A stretch of DNA of 53,090 bases from a virus (IMGVR_UViG_3300049454_000023:1-53090), one strand, 5' to 3'. Counted from the stretch's first letter, positions 1 through 9,444 are shown. The notes: a model not told the origin generated them from the letters alone. Numbers and translations: made by a program.

Positions 1-127
1 AACTCCTCCTGGCGCACGGCGATCTGTCCCTCGATGCGCTCGTTAAGCAGTCGCTCTAGCCAGGCGATCCGCGTCTCGATCAGCTCTCGGAGGTTGAGAA
101 CCTCGCGTTGAAGGGCCTCGGTGGTGA
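1..127 (+). repeat. 127-bp terminal direct repeat (copy 1), most likely an assembly circularisation overlap
   Basis: 1-127 is identical to 52964-53090, and a reading frame runs through the join. Confidence 0.95.
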
Positions 128-182
128 GGACGGTCGGGTCGGGGACCGGGCGTGACCCTCGTTCGTCGTCAGGCGGCGGCAT
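1..182 (-). CDS. 5' part of a junction-spanning 193-aa coiled-coil protein with C-terminal TM helix
   Basis: ATG at 182 gives MPPPDDERGSRPVPDPTVLTTEALQREV..., in frame across the join with ORF 52564..52980. Confidence 0.75.
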   Translation of the reverse strand, partial: MPPPDDERGSRPVPDPTVLTTEALQREVLNLRELIETRIAWLERLLNERIEGQIAVRQEE

Positions 183-238
183 CCTTGATCAAGGGTAGGC
201 GAAAGCCCCTCGCCCGCTGAGAGGCCGCCTAAGCCCCG

Positions 239-625
239 CTAAGCGTCTTCGGGCGTATCGCCCTGCCCGGAGTCCTCGGCGGGCGCCAGGTCGAAGCCAG
301 AGCAGCCACAGCCCCTCTCAGCGCACGGTCCCGGCTCCGTCTCGTTGGCCATGTGAGCGAAGCGCTCGTGGCCGCACTTGCACAGGTCGTCGCAGTCTCC
401 GGCGGGCTGCTCGGAAGCGGATGGGTCGCGGTAGATCCCGATCAACTCTGCCTCTTCGGCATGCAGCGAGGCGATTGCCCCAAGGTAAGCGCCCCCCGCC
501 GATTCCAGCATCTCGGTCGCACGCGGGTCGTCGGTCGACATCGCTCCGGCGTTGCGCAGGTTCGCGAGAGCGCGCTCGGCGTTGTCGTGCAGGGTGATGA
601 TGCGGCGGGCTTGATCGGTGTTCAT
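239..625 (-). CDS. Hypothetical protein with C-terminal Cys/His zinc-binding motif
   Basis: CKCGHERFAH...CAERGCGC motif; ATGA overlap with the upstream gene; SD-like GGAGA. Confidence 0.65.
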   Translation of the reverse strand: MNTDQARRIITLHDNAERALANLRNAGAMSTDDPRATEMLESAGGAYLGAIASLHAEEAELIGIYRDPSASEQPAGDCDDLCKCGHERFAHMANETEPGPCAERGCGCSGFDLAPAEDSGQGDTPEDA

Positions 626-1059
626 GGAGTCTCCTCGGTTTCGGGGTGTGCCTCGCGCCACTCGCGCTCGGCTAGAATTTTGGCACGTCGCTTCGTGAAT
701 CCCTGGCCGTACAGCGAGCAGACGCGACGATCAACGTACTCCTCGCGCGTCTCGGGTAGAGCGGGCGGCGGCTCTGCGCGCTCGCCCTCGTGGTTGCACG
801 GGTCGCCGTCTTGGCAGGGGCAGTGGGGGTTGCCGTGAGGGCAGGGCCTCTGCGCGGGCTGCTCAGCGACGGGGACGCTGTTGCCGGTTGACCCGGCAAC
901 CCGCTCGGCTTTCGCCTGCGAGTCACGCAAGTCAGCGTTCCCGTCGCTCAACGCCCGATCCCGCAGATACGGCGAGAGCTTCGCATACCCGGCGGCCTTG
1001 GCTCGGGCTTCGATCTCGGCCATCTGCTCGTCGGTGCAGCGGAAGTGGGGGTTAGGCAT
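622..1059 (-). CDS. Ribbon-helix-helix (MobC/CopG-like) DNA-binding protein with Cys-rich region
   Basis: N-terminus PHFRCTDEQMAEIEARAKAAGYAKLSPYLRDRAL fits the RHH pattern; CPHGNPHCPCQDGDPC downstream. Confidence 0.6.
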   Translation of the reverse strand: MPNPHFRCTDEQMAEIEARAKAAGYAKLSPYLRDRALSDGNADLRDSQAKAERVAGSTGNSVPVAEQPAQRPCPHGNPHCPCQDGDPCNHEGERAEPPPALPETREEYVDRRVCSLYGQGFTKRRAKILAEREWREAHPETEETP

Positions 1060-1216
1060 CGAACCGCGTCTCCGTAACCGCCAGCCACGCTTCCCATCCG
1101 CGCAGGGGAATCCGCTTGAACTCGGGTGGGTAATCGTGAATTGCTTCATTGTGGGCGGCTGCCGCGAGATCTGACTTCAGGAAGGCAAGAAAGCGACGAC
1201 ACAGGGCGCTATCCAT
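1052..1216 (-). CDS. Hypothetical protein
   Basis: Tight overlaps with both neighbours. Confidence 0.5.
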   Translation of the reverse strand: MDSALCRRFLAFLKSDLAAAAHNEAIHDYPPEFKRIPLRGWEAWLAVTETRFDA

Positions 1217-1451
1217 ACGACTCCGCCTCCGAGGAGATGGGTTCGCCGAGGGCGTCAAGCTGGGTCAGAACGCTCGTGTAGGCAGCCGCCCAGTGATCGG
1301 CCCGCAAACGTTCCTCCGGGTGCGTGCCGTCGTCTTCGGCGGTGGCCTTGAATTGGCCGACCGCGAGCCGCATCGCAGCCCTGAGTCGCTCGCGGTCGGC
1401 CTCCACGGCCACCCGAACCGCATCCTCCAGACCCTCATCTACCTGTCGCAC
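1209..1451 (-). CDS. Hypothetical protein
   Basis: GTG start after SD GAGGAGG. Confidence 0.6.
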   Translation of the reverse strand: MRQVDEGLEDAVRVAVEADRERLRAAMRLAVGQFKATAEDDGTHPEERLRADHWAAAYTSVLTQLDALGEPISSEAESYG

Positions 1452-1468
1452 CAGTCCCCTCCTCGTTG

Positions 1469-1530
1469 CGTTGTGCTACTTCCACGTTGTGCTACAGAAC
1501 GATAGCGGGTTTCGAGGTCGCTTGTGCTAC
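1469..1530 (-). promoter_or_regulatory. Three direct repeats GTAGCACAA, probable operator of the RHH operon
   Basis: ttgtgctac at 1471-1479, 1487-1495 and 1522-1530, around a TATCGT -10-like hexamer in the intergenic gap. Confidence 0.55.
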
Positions 1531-1531
1531 A

Positions 1532-2941
1532 TCACCATTTGCGCTCGAATAGGCCAGCGGTGATCGGCGCCTCGACTGGGTGCTCGCCGTTGGCCCCGGC
1601 GAAGGCGTAGTCCTGGCTGGAGTCGACGAGGTCGGTTATCGCCCAGACGAGCGCGTCCATGCGCGACGGCGACGGCTCGCCAGGCACCCACGCGGTCTGC
1701 TCTGACTCAAGCTCCGGCAGCGGCTCGACGTGATGTACCCGCCCCTGCTCATACAGGGCGCTGATCGGCTCTGCGCGCGGCACCTTGCCCTTGGAGGCCC
1801 AGACCAGGGAGATCGGCACGTTGGGGTCGATGGACCGGATCGTCGAGGCGACCATGTCCCCGCCCTGGTTCTTCTCGGCGACGATGCGGTCGGCCTTCAG
1901 CTCGTGGTAAAGCTCAATCGCCTCGGCGGCCCAGCCACGCGGGGAGAAGCGGCCCGACCTGTCGGCGCGGACGAAGTAGTGATCGACCTCTTCGCCGTGG
2001 ACGAGGTTGGCTTTCGGGAATGGGGTCGCGGCGCTGTAGCACGTCGCGGCCACGATGCCGGTCTCATCCGAGCCTTCCTCGGCCGTGGTCGCGGGGTCGA
2101 TGGCTACAACGGTGCGCGAGGCGCCTTCGGTGGGCAGGGCGCAGCGGTGGCCGTCGATGATCGCCCAGGTCCATAGGGCGCCCTCTACGTCGTCGAGGAT
2201 CTCCCCCGACAGCTCCTGTCGCCCGAGCCTGGTTCCGGCGTACTGACGGCGCAGGGAAGCGATCTGGGCGGGGTCGAGGTTGCGTTCGTTGTCCTCCAGG
2301 TAGGTGCGAGTGAAAACGATGTCGTCGGGGGCCGCTTCCTTCTCTTCGAGTAGGAGCTTGACCAGCGCGCGTTTGCCCTTCGGGGTTCCCTCGGCGAAGA
2401 TTTTGGCGGGAGGCAGCCGCACCGCGAACTGAATCGACTCTTTCCAGGAGGTCTCCCAGTCCTTCCACAGCCCGATCTCCGAGGCCCAAAGCCCGCGCAG
2501 ATTTTCCCCCTGGACGCGCAATGCCCCGTCGTCTGCCCCGTCGAGGAAGACTTTCGCTCCGTTGGCCAGGTATAGCTCCCCGACTGAGCGGTTCCAGTTC
2601 GTGACGAGCGGCCCGTCCTGGCCGCCCAGCACCGTCAACAGACCGGACGGTCCCTCTACGCACTTACGCCTCGCATCGCCGAAGGTGGGCGCAACGATCC
2701 CCCACTCGGCCGGTTGCCCCTCCGTTGGCGGATAGGCGAAGATCCACTCTGCGAGCTGCTCAGCCCCCGCACGGGTCTTTCCGCTACCTCTGGCCCCCTG
2801 GGCGTAGCAAACCCGCCAGGGGCCGTCTGGGGGCGTCTGACCGGGGTTTGCGGAGCGCTTCCAGCGCTGGCTACGAAGCCCGCCCAGGTACTTCAGCTTC
2901 GCGGGGAGGGGCCAGGTGCGCCAGTCGGGTTGGGCGGCCAT
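1532..2941 (-). CDS. terL: Terminase large subunit
   Basis: Walker A GARGSGKT, motif WGIVAPTFGDARR, variant Walker B LWASEIG, nuclease motifs VVAIDPA and SRMDALVWA. Confidence 0.95.
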   Translation of the reverse strand: MAAQPDWRTWPLPAKLKYLGGLRSQRWKRSANPGQTPPDGPWRVCYAQGARGSGKTRAGAEQLAEWIFAYPPTEGQPAEWGIVAPTFGDARRKCVEGPSGLLTVLGGQDGPLVTNWNRSVGELYLANGAKVFLDGADDGALRVQGENLRGLWASEIGLWKDWETSWKESIQFAVRLPPAKIFAEGTPKGKRALVKLLLEEKEAAPDDIVFTRTYLEDNERNLDPAQIASLRRQYAGTRLGRQELSGEILDDVEGALWTWAIIDGHRCALPTEGASRTVVAIDPATTAEEGSDETGIVAATCYSAATPFPKANLVHGEEVDHYFVRADRSGRFSPRGWAAEAIELYHELKADRIVAEKNQGGDMVASTIRSIDPNVPISLVWASKGKVPRAEPISALYEQGRVHHVEPLPELESEQTAWVPGEPSPSRMDALVWAITDLVDSSQDYAFAGANGEHPVEAPITAGLFERKW

Positions 2942-2970
2942 CTAGGCCGCGAGCATAGAGGCCCAGGGGG

Positions 2971-3204
2971 TCAGGCAGACCAGCCGTGAAGTCTTTCCTG
3001 CTGGCGAAGTGCCTCTGCCTGATGGCGAGTAATGGCGACTATCTGCCGAGGCTCCAAGGTGTCTTCGCCTCGACGATGCCGACGCGCGAGAAGGACTACC
3101 TGCTCTGGACCCCGATTGACCACGCCCGTGCATTCGAGGAACAGTAGGTCGTCTCCAGGTATACGCAGCACGTCGTAGTGATCGCGCTGCGGCAGATCAG
3201 GCAT
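2971..3204 (-). CDS. Hypothetical protein between terS and terL
   Basis: Overlaps the terS stop. Confidence 0.55.
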   Translation of the reverse strand: MPDLPQRDHYDVLRIPGDDLLFLECTGVVNRGPEQVVLLARRHRRGEDTLEPRQIVAITRHQAEALRQQERLHGWSA

Positions 3205-3652
3205 CTACCTTCGCCTCCAACTGCGCCAGTCGCTCGGTGAGACGGTCGTTTTCGGCGAGGAGGCCATCTATCGCCTCATCGACCCCTTCCTCGATTTCGA
3301 CCGCGACCCCGACCTTGCCCCCGTGCTTGACATTGAGGGACTCACGATAGACGGAGGGGCGGCGAGCCTTGAGCGCGATATCGAGGGCGCGGACCTGACC
3401 GCGATGGGTGAAGTCCAGCGCGACCTCGACCAGCGTCTTCTCAAGCTTGTCCGTTACCGCGTTCTCCTCGCGATCCCAGGCGGCGGCGAACTCCTCGTTT
3501 TTCTTGCGGTGCTGATAGGCCGTCTCGCGGCTGATCCCCACCACCTTGCAGGCGGCGGTGACGGTGCCGTGCTCTGCATATGCCTCAAGCCAGACCGACT
3601 TGTCCCAGGACTTGCGGCGCTTATCGGGCGATTTGTCAGGTTCGTCAGACAT
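3197..3652 (-). CDS. terS: Terminase small subunit
   Basis: N-terminal HTH (GTVTAACKVVGISRETAYQHR), F..AW..E...D.LE and LKARRP.VYRE patterns; lies upstream of terL. Confidence 0.8.
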   Translation of the reverse strand: MSDEPDKSPDKRRKSWDKSVWLEAYAEHGTVTAACKVVGISRETAYQHRKKNEEFAAAWDREENAVTDKLEKTLVEVALDFTHRGQVRALDIALKARRPSVYRESLNVKHGGKVGVAVEIEEGVDEAIDGLLAENDRLTERLAQLEAKVDA

Positions 3653-3667
3653 GTAATGCCTACTCGT

Positions 3668-3925
3668 CTACGTCGAGGATGGGCGGCGCGGAACGGCCTC
3701 AGAGAGATCGACGCCGGTATCGGCTAACGCAACGAGGAACTGACGGACCGCCCGATGCGCATCCTCGCGCCGCGTGAAGCCCTCGCCGCCTATTGCGGTG
3801 ATCTGACCGTTGACTGCGCGGAAGCGCCAGCCGAATTGCGGCGCGATCACATTGCCCGTCTCCTCGTCGACCATATCGCCGCGGATGCCGCGTTCGTAGA
3901 CCTCGAACCTCGCCTCGTTCGCCAT
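3668..3925 (-). CDS. DUF1508/YegP-like protein
   Basis: WRFRAVNGQITAIGGEGFTRREDAHRAV pattern. Confidence 0.7.
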   Translation of the reverse strand: MANEARFEVYERGIRGDMVDEETGNVIAPQFGWRFRAVNGQITAIGGEGFTRREDAHRAVRQFLVALADTGVDLSEAVPRRPSST

Positions 3926-3970
3926 CAGTCCTCCAGGTCGCGCGTCGTCATGTCCGGCAGTCTAACGCAG

Positions 3971-4090
3971 CTATTTCCGGTGACGCCGACGACGCTTTGC
4001 TGCTGCGACCTTCGCGCGGAGCGCTGCCTCCACCGCCTTTACTGCGCGGTCGGTTTCTTCCTGCATTTGAATGACCGGATTCTTGGGCAT
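3971..4090 (-). CDS. Small basic protein
   Basis: Leaderless TAGGAT-N7-ATG; MPKNPVIQ...KRRRRHRK. Confidence 0.5.
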   Translation of the reverse strand: MPKNPVIQMQEETDRAVKAVEAALRAKVAAAKRRRRHRK

Positions 4091-4178
4091 GGGAGCGATC
4101 CTAACGCCCGCTACCAGCGGAGCCGAGGGAGAGGTCGCATCGACCCTCCCCTGGCCCGCAGATCGGCGGAGGCGGCGT

Positions 4179-4511
4179 CTAGAGATCCTTTTCGCGGGCG
4201 GCGCCCTGTTCCGCCTCGCCCTCGGGGGCCTGTTCGGCTGCCGCATCGATTTCCTCATCGCTATCGGGCGGCGTCGGCTGCTCGGAGACCTTGCGCTCGT
4301 TCTCTGCCTCGGTCTCGGCGTCCGGCTCCGGCTCTGGGATGTTTTCGCAGCCGCCCCACTCGATATCGGCTGGAGAGTGGGCGGTCGTGGCGGTAACGGT
4401 GATCTGTTCGCCCAGCGCGGGGGAGCAGCCGTGGGTCACGGCACCGTCGCTCGGGTCGATCACCTCGACCGTGACTCGACCGTCATTGTCGACCTTCGTC
4501 CTGATCTGCAT
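4179..4511 (-). CDS. Hypothetical protein with acidic C-terminal tail
   Basis: SD GAGGA upstream; plausible protein composition. Confidence 0.65.
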   Translation of the reverse strand: MQIRTKVDNDGRVTVEVIDPSDGAVTHGCSPALGEQITVTATTAHSPADIEWGGCENIPEPEPDAETEAENERKVSEQPTPPDSDEEIDAAAEQAPEGEAEQGAAREKDL

Positions 4512-4553
4512 CTAATCCTCGCTTTCGCTGGGGGTTGGGTTGAGCGGCGCAGG

Positions 4554-4898
4554 TTACGGGGTGGGGGCAGCGTAGCGCTCTTGCAGGGTGGTGGCTGCGG
4601 CTTGGAGGTGATCGGCGGCAGCCGTGAGGTGGCTCCGGCGTTGCGTCTCCAAAAGTACATCCCAGCGCGGCGGGCTTGCGTCGAGGAGGCGACTGGCTTC
4701 ATACCGCACCTTGGCTAGGGCCTCTACCACCTCATCGCTCGTTAGTAGGTCTTGTAGCTGGGAGAGGGGGATGTAGAGCTCGGCTTCGTCGCCGATCCGC
4801 TCGGCCTCTTCGCGGGTGTCGCAGGCGCTCACGAACGAGACCTGCGCGTGTCGGCTGATCCACTGCACCGGCCACTCCTGCCTTGCCGATTCACTCAT
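4554..4898 (-). CDS. Hypothetical early protein
   Basis: Part of an ATGA-coupled gene chain. Confidence 0.6.
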   Translation of the reverse strand: MSESARQEWPVQWISRHAQVSFVSACDTREEAERIGDEAELYIPLSQLQDLLTSDEVVEALAKVRYEASRLLDASPPRWDVLLETQRRSHLTAAADHLQAAATTLQERYAAPTP

Positions 4899-5125
4899 GA
4901 CTCGCCCTCGAAGGGATCGCTGATCGAAAGCGTCAGACGCCCTTCCACCTCGTGCATGTTCAGTACGGACAAGGCGGCCTCGACCACCGTCGCCGCCGAG
5001 CCAGCGGGTACTACCGCCTCGCAGGTTCGGGCGAACTGGCGCTTGTGAATGTCCGCGTGCCTGTCTGCTGGGCGATGAATTGTGACCGCCTGCAGCATCG
5101 TGTCCATGGGCGCCGACTCACTCAT
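4895..5125 (-). CDS. Hypothetical early protein
   Basis: ATGA-coupled. Confidence 0.55.
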   Translation of the reverse strand: MSESAPMDTMLQAVTIHRPADRHADIHKRQFARTCEAVVPAGSAATVVEAALSVLNMHEVEGRLTLSISDPFEGES

Positions 5126-5304
5126 GGGGTGGTCTCCCCGGCGTCAGGGACGGCAAGCGGTTTAGCGCCGAGAGGAACCCGCGCCGGAGGAGGCAGATGG
5201 CACCGGCAGTCCTTCACGGCGCATCCTCTCTTCTTCGAGTGCGCGTACCACGGGTGGCCGCAGCGCTCGCAGCTCTTCGGCTTCTCTTCGCGACCTCTAG
5301 GCAT
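5122..5304 (-). CDS. Small Cys/His zinc-binding protein
   Basis: CERCGHPWYAH...CAVKDCRC, the same motif type as 239..625. Confidence 0.55.
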   Translation of the reverse strand: MPRGREEKPKSCERCGHPWYAHSKKRGCAVKDCRCHLPPPARVPLGAKPLAVPDAGETTP

Positions 5305-5641
5305 CCTGGTCCTCCTCGGGGAGGTCGGTCCAGTCGGATGCGGCCTTGCGGGCTTGGACGCGAGCGTTGCGGAACGACGCAGACCCCCTAGCGGTTGCCC
5401 GGGCGACGGGGAGACTCACGTACTCGGCGATGACGGCTCGCTGGCCGCCGCGGCCCTCCCCGATCACCCGGTACTCCGTCTTTGCCTCTACCTGGGGGGC
5501 GTCTAGGGCTTTGCGGAGCTTGGCGAGCGCCTGCTCGGCGGCGTCCACCACCTCGGGATGAAAGCCCCAGCACTCCATAAGCGCGTCTGCTTCCTCCCGC
5601 TCCAGCGTCAAGGTGACCTCCTGCCTTGCCGTGTCAGCCAC
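5297..5641 (-). CDS. Hypothetical early protein
   Basis: Coupled to neighbours. Confidence 0.6.
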   Translation of the reverse strand: MADTARQEVTLTLEREEADALMECWGFHPEVVDAAEQALAKLRKALDAPQVEAKTEYRVIGEGRGGQRAVIAEYVSLPVARATARGSASFRNARVQARKAASDWTDLPEEDQDA

Positions 5642-5837
5642 GGGAACTCCTTCCTGCGTACCAGTCAGGTGCCTGGAGCTTTTCCCCGGTTGCCTTGGCG
5701 GTGCGGATCAAGAGGCGGCGAATATCACTGGGGACCTTCAGTTGGTCGCATCGGCGATGGAAGCGTGCAAGCCTGCGGCCCTCTAGCCAGTTGCGGAACC
5801 GCTGGGTTGCCGTGTCTTTGGAGGGGCTAGGTGGCAT
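5634..5837 (-). CDS. Hypothetical early protein
   Basis: Coupled to neighbours. Confidence 0.45.
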   Translation of the reverse strand: MPPSPSKDTATQRFRNWLEGRRLARFHRRCDQLKVPSDIRRLLIRTAKATGEKLQAPDWYAGRSSRG

Positions 5838-5848
5838 CGGTCACCAGC

Positions 5849-6709
5849 TCAATCGAAAGGCCCAGGTGTCCGGCCTCCGCCTCTTCCCGCTCCGCCTCCT
5901 TGGTCACTGCTTGGGGTGATAGCGAGGGCGACCAGCTTCTCCATATCGAGGCTCAGCCCCAGCTCTATCCAGCTGTTATCAGCTGCCTCTGCCCTGGTAG
6001 CGAGGTAGCCCACTTTCTCGCCGTCTAGGTCTTCACCTGCGTGGACTACTACTGCTCGGTTGCGAGAGAGCGGTAAGAGGATTCGGAGCGTGGCGTCTTG
6101 GTGGCGCTTCTCAAGTAGTTCGGCCCGTGTCTCAGCTAGCTTTGCCTCGGCTTTGTCGGCTCGTTCGGCGTGTTTGGCCGACTCGCCTCCGTTGACGATC
6201 GCCAACTCGCGCAGCTCCTCGCGCTCACCTTCAACCTCCGCGATCTGCTCGTCCTTGGCGGCGGCATTCTTCTCAGCCTCGAAGCGAAGCCGCCGCTCCG
6301 ATTCCCACTCTTGCTCAATAGCTCGTGCTCGTAGCGGGTCGCAGTCGCAGAACTTTCCCTTGCCCTTTGCTTCTAGGCCCTCTACGAGCTTTTCGAGTTC
6401 TTCTTGGCGCTCGATGTTTTCGGCGGCCTTGTCTCGCGCAAGCAAACGCTCGGTGAGGCAAGTGTTTGCCGAGGCCAGTTCCTCGATCTCCTGGTCCTTG
6501 GCGGCAAGCCGGTCTAGAGCTTTTTCCGCCCGGCGTTCCCTCTGGCGGTAGGCCTCGGCGAGCCGGTCTTCCAAGGCGGCGAGTACTTGCTGATGGGCGG
6601 GGACGGTGACGTAGCCGCCGAGCGTTTGGCATGGCCGCATCTGCGCGCCAAGCTCGGGATGCTCATACGGTTCCAGCCGCTCTATCTCCGGTACGTCTCT
6701 ATTGGGCAT
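5849..6709 (-). CDS. Coiled-coil hypothetical protein
   Basis: Long E/A/R/L heptad region; SD GAGGG before the ATG at 6709. Confidence 0.65.
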   Translation of the reverse strand: MPNRDVPEIERLEPYEHPELGAQMRPCQTLGGYVTVPAHQQVLAALEDRLAEAYRQRERRAEKALDRLAAKDQEIEELASANTCLTERLLARDKAAENIERQEELEKLVEGLEAKGKGKFCDCDPLRARAIEQEWESERRLRFEAEKNAAAKDEQIAEVEGEREELRELAIVNGGESAKHAERADKAEAKLAETRAELLEKRHQDATLRILLPLSRNRAVVVHAGEDLDGEKVGYLATRAEAADNSWIELGLSLDMEKLVALAITPSSDQGGGAGRGGGRTPGPFD

Positions 6710-7169
6710 CGGTGCCCTCCCGGATCGCTTCGTCGCACATTTGGCGGTCGGTGCACTCGACGCGGAACGGGGCAACGCGGCGGACTTCGTAGTCCACGTC
6801 AGAGGCCCAGGCTTCGCAGCGGCGACAAACGTCCTTGGAGCCGTGAAAGCACTGGCCGATGCCGAACCAGCGCGAGAGTCGCCACTGGACTTCGAGCTTC
6901 CAGTCGCGCGGTCCTCGGTACTTGCGGGCGAGGCGCTTGCGCTCCCGCTCCTCTTGACGCTCGGCCCGCCACTGGCCGAAGGGCGATAGCTCTCCGAAGT
7001 GCACCGCGATCCCTGACCCGCCGCACTCTTCGCAGGCCCGGTACATTGAGAAGAGTTCGTTACCGCTGCCTTTGCAACGTGAGCAGAGCGTGTGCCCTGC
7101 CGCCCGGTTCTCTCGCTGGCGCTGTTCGTCCGGCGAACGATGCGTCAATGGAAACGTCGTCGCAGCCAT
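6699..7169 (-). CDS. DnaJ-like zinc-finger protein
   Basis: CSRCKGSG...CEECGGSG repeats. Confidence 0.65.
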   Translation of the reverse strand: MAATTFPLTHRSPDEQRQRENRAAGHTLCSRCKGSGNELFSMYRACEECGGSGIAVHFGELSPFGQWRAERQEERERKRLARKYRGPRDWKLEVQWRLSRWFGIGQCFHGSKDVCRRCEAWASDVDYEVRRVAPFRVECTDRQMCDEAIREGTDAQ

Positions 7170-7336
7170 CAGCCCGCTACCTCCTTCAGGGCGGCCTTCT
7201 TCCGCTTCCAAATCTTCCACAAGCCGCAGCCAGGACAGCGATGCTGGGTGTGGGTTCTGTTCTTGCGTCCGGCCCAGGCGTGCCAGGCGAGGTAGCCCTC
7301 GGGCGCAGGCGTGTGCTGACACGTTGCCTCAATCAA
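7169..7336 (-). CDS. Small conserved phage zinc-binding protein (not in the ORF track)
   Basis: TTG start gives MIEATCQHTPAPEGYLAWHAWAGRKNRTHTQHRCPGCGLWKIW...; fills the gap with coupled overlaps. Confidence 0.6.
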   Translation of the reverse strand: MIEATCQHTPAPEGYLAWHAWAGRKNRTHTQHRCPGCGLWKIWKRKKAALKEVAG

Positions 7337-8405
7337 GATTGACCTCCTTGCCAGCGGCCGATTCGTGGATCAGGAAGCCCCGAAGGGCGGGCAGCTTCTC
7401 CATATCGGCGTCGCCCTCAACGGCGGCACGAATGCGGCCGAGTTTCGTGCGCAGGATGTCCTGCTCCTCCTCCAGCCGTTTCCTCCAGGCGGCTTCTAGG
7501 GCGGGGAGGGCGGTGGCGATTGCACGGGAAAGCTGATCGCGAATCTCGCCCTGGGCCGCCTCCCATTCCTCCGGGGTCGGTTTATCGCCCGGTGCTTTTC
7601 CAGCAACAGCGAGCCACGCCCTGGCGTTGGCGTCAAGCCAGCCCAGCCCGATCAGCTCAAGCCGAGCAGCCTCAACCGCCTCCTCCGGCACTGCCTCCCT
7701 CGTCTCGCAGTCGGGGCAGCCGCCGCACGGGATCAGGTCGAACATGCCCCAGCTCCAGACTTTTCGCTCCCTGCTTCCTCCGCACCGCTCCCCCTCCTGA
7801 ACACCGAGATCCTTGGCTCGATCGCGCAGCCATTTGGCGCACGTCAGGTAGGTGTGGTGACGATCAAACGCTCGCCCGTTGTCCGCCTCCTTGTCGTCAC
7901 CGATCCAAGCCGCCTGAGCCTCGAACGCCGCGGCTGCCGCGAGCATTCCGTTGGTCTCGGAGTCGGGGTGCTGGGGCTGGGTGAGGGCGGCGAGTACCGC
8001 GTCCTTTGCATCAGAGACACCGGCGCGCCAACCGTCCTGCCAACGCGCTTCACGATCGGGAGCGGTCCCATTGTGAAGGCCGGTCAACAGCTCTTTGATC
8101 AGGACCCGCAAACCCTCCAGCGTGTCCTCCAGCGTGTACCGGGGCTCCCTCGTCTCAGGCTGGGTAACGGGCAGTGGGGACTCGCGGCGGATCGTCTCGG
8201 CTAGGTTGTAGAGCGCGTTGTCGACGTCGTCCCGGTGAAAAGGTTGAGCCCCGCCGCCGGCCGCGCTGTCCAGCGTGTCGCGGTGCTTGTCGATCGCGCG
8301 CAGCAGCTCCGCCTGTCGAGCCTGCGTCGCGCCGAGTTCGACTCGAAGCTGCCGCGCGTCCTTCCTCGTCTCAGTTGAGTGGGTTGGGCTAGGCATTGTC
8401 GTCAC
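7329..8405 (-). CDS. Mosaic hypothetical protein
   Basis: 358-aa ORF in the operon; CGGS...CGGCPDC motif. Confidence 0.65.
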   Translation of the reverse strand: MTTMPSPTHSTETRKDARQLRVELGATQARQAELLRAIDKHRDTLDSAAGGGAQPFHRDDVDNALYNLAETIRRESPLPVTQPETREPRYTLEDTLEGLRVLIKELLTGLHNGTAPDREARWQDGWRAGVSDAKDAVLAALTQPQHPDSETNGMLAAAAAFEAQAAWIGDDKEADNGRAFDRHHTYLTCAKWLRDRAKDLGVQEGERCGGSRERKVWSWGMFDLIPCGGCPDCETREAVPEEAVEAARLELIGLGWLDANARAWLAVAGKAPGDKPTPEEWEAAQGEIRDQLSRAIATALPALEAAWRKRLEEEQDILRTKLGRIRAAVEGDADMEKLPALRGFLIHESAAGKEVNLD

Positions 8406-8958
8406 CTACTGGTGGTGCCGAGGTGGGCTGGGTGGAGGCGGCTGGCTGCTCTTCCAGCTCGGCCCGGGTAAGTTCAAGCTTCAGAGCACGTTCAATCGTC
8501 GCCTTGCGCTCTACCTCGAACGCGGTTTGCATCCGGTCCTCTAGCTCGGCGACCAGCTCGTCAAAACGAGCGATGTAGGACGGAGCCAGGGCTAAGTCAA
8601 AGGTGTCCTTCGCGCGCTCGGCCTCCTCGCTCGTGTTGTTCGCATACATGATCCTCTGAGAGGCGGCAGCGAGATCGCCCCGTCGAACCGTCAGGGTGAT
8701 CGGCTCGTCCCAATTTACGTAAGGGTCCTGCTCTACCTGCCCCTCCCCTGCCTCCTGCGGTGAAGCCAGGGCGCGTTGGGATAGGTGCTCGCAGGTCTCG
8801 GCGTGCTTAGCGAAGATCCCGGCCGCGATCCCGGAGTCGGCGTGGTTGCAGCACGTGACCAGATCCTCGGCGATCTCCCTCAGCCGCTCCCCGTCCTCTC
8901 GGGTGAGCCCTGGTCCCTGTTGTGGGCTCGTCTCTGTATTGGAGGGTGGGCTAGGCAT
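8389..8958 (-). CDS. Hypothetical protein
   Basis: Operon context. Confidence 0.6.
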   Translation of the reverse strand: MPSPPSNTETSPQQGPGLTREDGERLREIAEDLVTCCNHADSGIAAGIFAKHAETCEHLSQRALASPQEAGEGQVEQDPYVNWDEPITLTVRRGDLAAASQRIMYANNTSEEAERAKDTFDLALAPSYIARFDELVAELEDRMQTAFEVERKATIERALKLELTRAELEEQPAASTQPTSAPPVGDDNA

Positions 8959-9160
8959 CGGTCAACCTCACGTTCATTTCCTCTAGCTCGTGCCAGATGC
9001 CGTTGAGCGCCTCGGCAATGGCGATCTGTGCCGAGGCGCTAGCCGCCAAGGCACGAACGTGGCGGTCGTCCCGCCCCTGGTCGCCGTCGTAGAAGCCGCC
9101 GATTCCGTCCAGGCAACCGCGAGCGTCTTCGAGCGCATCGCGCTTCGTCGCGTCCCCCAT
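8951..9160 (-). CDS. Hypothetical protein
   Basis: TGATG coupling. Confidence 0.55.
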   Translation of the reverse strand: MGDATKRDALEDARGCLDGIGGFYDGDQGRDDRHVRALAASASAQIAIAEALNGIWHELEEMNVRLTDA

Positions 9161-9444
9161 CACTCCAGCTCCTGTTTGTTGGCTGGCTCGTAGGTGGCCT
9201 CGAAGGTGCTGGACTCCCAAGCGGTCAGCACGCCATCCGCAAGACGACGGACTAGGTAGCGGCCGGGGTCCGCCACCACACGCGGGATTCCTTTGCGCTT
9301 GACTAGAACAGCGCCATCAAGCCGATGCTGTTCGGCAATCTCGTCGTCGCACAGAAACTCCGTGGGGAACGCCGCTCCTTCCGCCCAGAACACCGCGCAG
9401 ACCTCCACCGGCTTCTTCCGATACCGCTTCACCTCAGTCGCCAC
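9160..9444 (-). CDS. Conserved phage protein (YRKKPVEV.A...FEATYE family)
   Basis: Characteristic N- and C-terminal motifs; SD AGGAGG. Confidence 0.7.
   Translation of the reverse strand: MATEVKRYRKKPVEVCAVFWAEGAAFPTEFLCDDEIAEQHRLDGAVLVKRKGIPRVVADPGRYLVRRLADGVLTAWESSTFEATYEPANKQELE

Noticed and set aside
1-127. Biological direct terminal repeat or attachment site
   Set aside because: The length of 127 matches a common assembler k-mer, and the repeat falls mid-gene with the frame intact across the join.
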